This document shows positions 59,784-64,000 of a DNA stretch of 64,000 nt, one piece after another. The notes below the pieces were generated by a model. It had not been told where the DNA came from. It did no database searches and was given only the letters and a program-made list of their open reading frames with translations. The first letter of the stretch is position 1. Each line of letters begins with the position of its first letter. The translations under genes and the position numbers were made by a program. This stretch comes from Candidatus Hydrogenedentota bacterium (GTDB taxonomy: Bacteria > Hydrogenedentota > Hydrogenedentia > Hydrogenedentales > SLHB01): NCBI GenBank assembly GCA_020849535.1, contig JADLGB010000006.1, forward strand, positions 43,534 to 107,533, written 5' to 3'.

Positions 59784-60908
59784 ATGCGAAGAGTGGCTTT
59801 AGTGTGTTTGTTAGCCGTGGCAATTGCTTGTACGACCGCGATCGCGCAGGAACCGGAGAAACTCGATCCCGCCAAGGCCGCCAAGGGGGCCGAAGGCATC
59901 CTGTGGTACAGCGTGCTGGACCTGGGTCTCGAAGGCAAGGGCTGGACGGATACGAAGCATCCCTATGATCGCTTGCCCGCGAAGGCGGAAGGCGTGGTCA
60001 CGGATAACGTGTGGAAGCTCTCGCACCACTCCGCGGGGATGTGCGCGCGATTCGTGACGGACGCGCGCGTGATTCATGCGCGCTGGACGGTCCGCAACGA
60101 CAATCTCGATATGCCGCATATGCCCGCGACCGGTGTGAGCGGGCTGGACCTGTACGTGCGCGGCCCGGAAGGTTGGGGCTGGGTGGCACAGGGACGCCCG
60201 AAGGAGAAGACGAACGAGGTGAAGCTGCTTGAGGGGATGCCCGAAGGTCCGCACGAGTACCTGCTTTATCTTCCGCTGTACAACGGCGTGGAATCCGTGG
60301 AACTGGGCATACCCGATGCCGCCTACATGGCGAAGGCAACGCCACGGCCCGCGGATAAGGCGAAACCGATCCTGGTCTATGGCACCTCGATCACCCACGG
60401 CGGCTGCGCGGCGCGTCCCGGCATGGCCTACCCGGCACTGCTGAACCGCTGGCTGGATCGCCCGTTTATCAACCTCGGCTTCTCGGGGAGCGGACGCATG
60501 GAACTGCCCATGGCGGACCTTCTGGGCGAGTTGGATTGCGCGGTGTACGTGCTCGACTGCCTGCCAAACCTGACCCCGGCCGAGGTCAGCGAACGCGTAG
60601 TGCCTTTCGTGAAGCGCTTGCGCGAACTGCGCCCCGATACGCCTATCCTTTTCGTGGAGAATATCCAATATCAGGCGGGGTGGTTCCTTGAAGGATCCAA
60701 GAAATCGTACGAGGAGAAGAACGCCGCGCTGACCGAAGCCTTTGACGCCTTACAGAAGGATGGAATCCAGGGACTTCACTACCTCTCCTGTTCCGAACTG
60801 CTGGGTCACGACCACGAGGCAACCGTGGACGGCACCCATCCCACGGACTTGGGTTTCTATCGCATGGCAGAGGCCATTCGCCCCGCGCTGGAAGCGATTC
60901 TGAAATAG
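59784..60908 (+). CDS. Secreted SGNH/GDSL-family hydrolase (carbohydrate/sialate O-acetylesterase-like) with N-terminal beta-sandwich.
   Basis: Start MRRVALVCLLAVAIACTTAIAQ with AAGGAG RBS. Block I ILVYGTSITHGG; C-terminal …DGTHPTDLGFYRMAEAI (catalytic DxxH). Confidence 0.65.
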   Translation: MRRVALVCLLAVAIACTTAIAQEPEKLDPAKAAKGAEGILWYSVLDLGLEGKGWTDTKHPYDRLPAKAEGVVTDNVWKLSHHSAGMCARFVTDARVIHARWTVRNDNLDMPHMPATGVSGLDLYVRGPEGWGWVAQGRPKEKTNEVKLLEGMPEGPHEYLLYLPLYNGVESVELGIPDAAYMAKATPRPADKAKPILVYGTSITHGGCAARPGMAYPALLNRWLDRPFINLGFSGSGRMELPMADLLGELDCAVYVLDCLPNLTPAEVSERVVPFVKRLRELRPDTPILFVENIQYQAGWFLEGSKKSYEEKNAALTEAFDALQKDGIQGLHYLSCSELLGHDHEATVDGTHPTDLGFYRMAEAIRPALEAILK

Positions 60909-61053
60909 ACCACTTGCTTCTCGGTAGACGGGAAATGGCTGGCTAGAAAAGCCGCCATCCAACGAATCTGCACCCGTAAACCTTTACGGCCCATTGTGTT
61001 GACGCGCAGTGGGCCGTGCTGTCTTTCGGAATCAACTATTCGGGAACAACTAC

Positions 61054-61087
61054 CTTGCAATACTGTATAGCTTATGATAAACTATAC
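61054..61087 (+). promoter_or_regulatory. Putative autoregulatory promoter/operator of the second PadR: TTGCAA -35 and an inverted repeat GTATAG-N11-CTATAC.
   Basis: ACCTTGCAATACTGTATAGCTTATGATAAACTATACATTAAACG. Confidence 0.5.
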
Positions 61088-61475
61088 ATTAAACGAGGCA
61101 AAGGGAGTCCGGCGCATGGAGCAGTTCAACGTCGATAACTGGGCGGCTCAGCTCCGCAGGGGCCTCCTGGAGTTGTGCGTCCTCAACATGGTGGCGCAAG
61201 GGGAAGTCTACGGCTACGATCTCGTCCGCCGCATTACCAACCTGCGCGGACTCGGCATCGCCGAGGGTTCGATCTATCCCCTCCTCTCGCGCATGCGCAA
61301 CGCGGGCCTGCTCCGCGCCCGCCTGGAAGAATCCCCCGCGGGCCCCGCGCGCAAGTACTACGCACTGACACCGTCCGGCATGAAATGCTGGGAGATGATG
61401 AATGCCCACTGGGATGAACTGGCGCAAGGTATCGGCAGTCTCCGCAATGGGCAAGGAGAGTCTGATGGAAACTGA
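61074..61475 (+). CDS. PadR family transcriptional regulator (true start may be the internal Met at 61116).
   Basis: …LLELCVLNMVAQGEVYGYDLVRRITNLRGLGIAEGSIYPLLSRMRNAGLL…KYYALTPSG…. Confidence 0.8.
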   Translation: MINYTLNEAKGVRRMEQFNVDNWAAQLRRGLLELCVLNMVAQGEVYGYDLVRRITNLRGLGIAEGSIYPLLSRMRNAGLLRARLEESPAGPARKYYALTPSGMKCWEMMNAHWDELAQGIGSLRNGQGESDGN

Positions 61476-62874
61476 GCTGAAATCGTGGACCGACGAGGCC
61501 CAGAAGTACCTCGAAGGCTACCTGCAGCAAATCGAAGCGCTGATCACGGCCAAGGATGTCGATGCGGAAGAAGTGGTGAATGACCTGCGCACGCACATTT
61601 TGAATCTCGCGGCCGCACAGACCGGAGCGCTGGTCACGGTGCCGGAGCTGAAACGAATTCTGGCCACTGTTGGGACACCGGAAGATGTCGCCGACGCCAG
61701 GGCCGAGCTGGGTGCCGAACCTGAGGCAGAAGCCACGTGGGAAGCTCCGTACCTCAACCAACCCACGCCCGCACCGTGGAAACTGCCCGTATGGGCGTGG
61801 CCCGTCGGAGCGGTGGTGGTGCTGCTGTTCCCATTCGCCATCTACTTGATGATGGGAAAAGGAGCGGCGCCGGAGCAACCCGTGAGCGGCGAAGTCCCCG
61901 GGCGCCTGCTCCAGGGCTGGTTACAGGCCGGCACCAACCACACGGACTACAGCACAGGTTATGCGCTCACCGTGGACGGGATTTCGGGAGGGGCGATGTT
62001 TATTCGATCCACAGCCCCCGCACCCGAGGGGTTTTCGACAGTGATGCGTGAAGTGCCCGCGGACCCATTTCGCGGGCGGCGGGTCACCTTGTCCGGCTCG
62101 ATCCGTTCGGAGGATGTGGCAGGATGGGCGGGCATGTGGCTTCGCATCGATGGTCCCGGCGGTGAGGCACTGGGCTTCGACAACATGCAGGACCGCCCCA
62201 TCAAGGGGACCAACCCGGCACAACCATTCACCATTTCGCTGGATGTGCCCGCCGAGGCGGCACAGGTCGCCTACGGCGTGTTGCTGACGGGCGCCGGCGT
62301 GGTGTGGTTCAACGAGCCGAAACTCGCCGCGGATGGTCAGGCCATGGCGGTGCCACCGCCAAAGGCGCAGACTGAGGCCGAGGCAAAGCCCGCCGCCGCA
62401 TCGTCGCTGGATAGCTATCCAGATGCATTCATCAAGGCGAATTCCCACGACTACTTCTTCGCGCGAATGGCCAACCCGGAGGCCGGACGACATCAATTCG
62501 CGGGCCTTTGGGCGGTGACACGCAAGGCCGCGCTGGCGGATGCGGCGGGCAGGGAGGTCATCATCGGGCGGGCCCTTGAAATCGCGCAGGACCCAAGGAA
62601 CCCCTTCAACCAACGCTTCCAGTGCTGCTACGTCGCCAGTGCCTTTGAGGACGTCCGCACCATTCCTTATCTTGAAGCGATCCTCGTCAATGACGCAAAC
62701 GCCAAGCTGCGAGGCGTGGCGGCATGCGCGCTGGGACACTTCGAGTCACCGCTTGCGGACGATGCGCTGCGGCGCGCCCTCGCGAACGAGCCGGACGCGG
62801 AAACACAGAACTGGATTCGTAGGGCGCTGGCGGGTGAATTCCCGCGGCCAGCCTTGCCGGAGGGAGATTCGTAA
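61465..62874 (+). CDS. PadR-associated single-pass membrane protein with C-terminal HEAT/PBS-lyase-like repeats.
   Basis: Start METELKSWTDEAQKYLEGYLQQIEAL… (AAGGAGAG RBS, overlaps PadR stop). TM helix WAWPVGAVVVLLFPFAIYLMMG. C-terminal …LVNDANAKLRGVAACALGHFESPLADDALRRALANEPDAETQNWIRRALAG. Confidence 0.55.
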   Translation: METELKSWTDEAQKYLEGYLQQIEALITAKDVDAEEVVNDLRTHILNLAAAQTGALVTVPELKRILATVGTPEDVADARAELGAEPEAEATWEAPYLNQPTPAPWKLPVWAWPVGAVVVLLFPFAIYLMMGKGAAPEQPVSGEVPGRLLQGWLQAGTNHTDYSTGYALTVDGISGGAMFIRSTAPAPEGFSTVMREVPADPFRGRRVTLSGSIRSEDVAGWAGMWLRIDGPGGEALGFDNMQDRPIKGTNPAQPFTISLDVPAEAAQVAYGVLLTGAGVVWFNEPKLAADGQAMAVPPPKAQTEAEAKPAAASSLDSYPDAFIKANSHDYFFARMANPEAGRHQFAGLWAVTRKAALADAAGREVIIGRALEIAQDPRNPFNQRFQCCYVASAFEDVRTIPYLEAILVNDANAKLRGVAACALGHFESPLADDALRRALANEPDAETQNWIRRALAGEFPRPALPEGDS

Positions 62875-62969
62875 CTGCACGCTTGGGGCATCGGCAGAGT
62901 GCTCTCACCAATGCGAACACCTGAGCGTGAGACGATGGGAAACCCCAAGTGCGTGCGTTCAGCAGCCAG

Positions 62970-64000
62970 ATGCGTCTGCGTCGATTGGCAGAAACTGCAT
63001 TTCCAGCCATTGTGGCTATTGCTATGGCGCTCAATGCTCACGGTGGGGATGTCCACGCCGTCAATCCACACTGGAACGTTGGAGATTCATGGACGGTCGA
63101 TATCGAACTCTACTCGAGGGACTGGGCAGCGGACTTTTCTGATCCTAAAGTAGAAGCAAAGAAAAATATCCCCCACATTCTCGCGCGCTACTCGATGCGC
63201 ATTGAGGTCTCCGGAACAGAATCTGTTGACGGGACTGAGTGTTGGCAGTTGGACTTTGCGCCTATTCGCAACTCGGTGAGTGACGATTTAGAAGTTCTTA
63301 AGGACCGGCGTTACCGCGCTCTCGTGTCGAAGCGCTCAGGTTCCATACAAAAGGTTCAAATACTGGCGGGCGAGGACCCGGCTATGCCCGAAATCGTGCA
63401 CTTAGACGACACCGCGGTTCTGCTTTATCCGCCCTATGGTTTTCCCATCGAAATGATCCCATGGGGCGAAGAAAGCAAGGGAGCACGCGCGTTGGAAAGG
63501 ACCAGACGATTGGCCCTATCCCGCCAGCCCGTTGTAGTCGATGGAAAGCAAAAACGCTATTGCCAGCGCGTCCTAGACGGTGACAGGGAAGTACTTCGCG
63601 TCGAACAAACATGGAATGACGGGGCAAAGTGGTGGAAAGAGTTCACGAGCTATCGCGACGGACACATTGACCTCCATGCAACGCTGCGGCCGGTAGGTTC
63701 GCAGGAGGCAGCGTCGCTTGAAGAACAAGTCGGCGCACTATTTCAGGTGGGAGACAGCAAGAAACTCAGCGTCTCAGTCCCGAAGGAGGGATTTGTGGGC
63801 GCACCTCCTTCACCGGCCGCAATGCCATCCGGATACTGTGGATTACCGACGAAGAAAGAGGACTTTCGGACGAGGCGCTTACGCGTTGAAATCATCGACA
63901 AATACCCCACTGTGCACGGCATTCGCGTGGTACTACGTCTCGATGAAATTGATCCGCCCCCAAGTCTCGCGTCGGCTGGACCCGTGTATTACGCTTGCGT
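62970..64000 (+). CDS. Hypothetical secreted protein, 3'-partial (runs off window end); not present in the supplied ORF track.
   Basis: My own translation from ATG ~62970 gives MRLRRLAETAFPAIVAIAMALNAHGGDVHAVNPHWNVGDSWTVDIELY… with no stop for ~343 codons to the window end. Signal-peptide-like N-terminus. Local GC is noticeably lower than the surrounding genome. Confidence 0.45.
   Translation, partial: MRLRRLAETAFPAIVAIAMALNAHGGDVHAVNPHWNVGDSWTVDIELYSRDWAADFSDPKVEAKKNIPHILARYSMRIEVSGTESVDGTECWQLDFAPIRNSVSDDLEVLKDRRYRALVSKRSGSIQKVQILAGEDPAMPEIVHLDDTAVLLYPPYGFPIEMIPWGEESKGARALERTRRLALSRQPVVVDGKQKRYCQRVLDGDREVLRVEQTWNDGAKWWKEFTSYRDGHIDLHATLRPVGSQEAASLEEQVGALFQVGDSKKLSVSVPKEGFVGAPPSPAAMPSGYCGLPTKKEDFRTRRLRVEIIDKYPTVHGIRVVLRLDEIDPPPSLASAGPVYYAC

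Noticed and set aside
62899-63153. Track ORF 62899-63153 (+, 84 aa).
   Set aside because: It is overlapped in a different frame by a much longer uninterrupted ORF starting ~62970 that continues to the window end and has a plausible signal peptide. The 84-aa ORF is likely spurious.

Overview
This window is a high-GC (about 62-64%) bacterial chromosomal segment with densely packed, often overlapping genes. It most likely comes from a PVC-superphylum organism (Planctomycetes/Verrucomicrobia/Lentisphaerae-like). The evidence is two DUF1559 'H-X9-DG' prepilin-like proteins, giant hybrid sensor kinases, many secreted glycan-active proteins and heavy ATGA/TGATG start-stop overlaps. I support about 60 protein-coding genes and no rRNA, tRNA or CRISPR. 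The main content is as follows. (i) Two tandem giant hybrid histidine kinases (1-6046). (ii) A corrinoid-dependent methyl-transfer locus (6074-13429): an MtaB-like methanol:corrinoid methyltransferase, a stand-alone homocysteine-S-methyltransferase domain, a stand-alone MetH-type reactivation domain, a corrinoid protein and three URO-D/MtaA-like methyltransferases. (iii) A PadR regulator followed by three tandem paralogous membrane proteins. (iv) A type III PKS / FAD oxidoreductase / methyltransferase operon. (v) thiC plus a rhodanese. (vi) A YtrA-type GntR / ABC ATPase / two giant paralogous permease-like proteins operon with a near-consensus promoter and palindromic operator. (vii) A radical-SAM cluster (43105-49739): three B12-binding radical SAM enzymes, one SPASM-type radical SAM enzyme and two PEGA-like lipoproteins, co-directional with hflX and a NUDIX gene. 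(viii) A secreted glycan-scavenging neighbourhood (BNR sialidase-like, AnmK, beta-propeller hydrolase-like, SGNH esterase). (ix) A second PadR plus a membrane-anchored HEAT-repeat partner. (x) A partial ORF at the 3' end (62970-64000) that is not in the supplied ORF track. The intergenic regions carry at least four families of short dispersed hairpin/inverted-repeat (REP/MITE-like) elements and several 10-bp-periodic simple repeats. All calls come from reading the sequence and ORF translations; no database searches were run, and non-CDS coordinates are approximate (about +/-2 nt).
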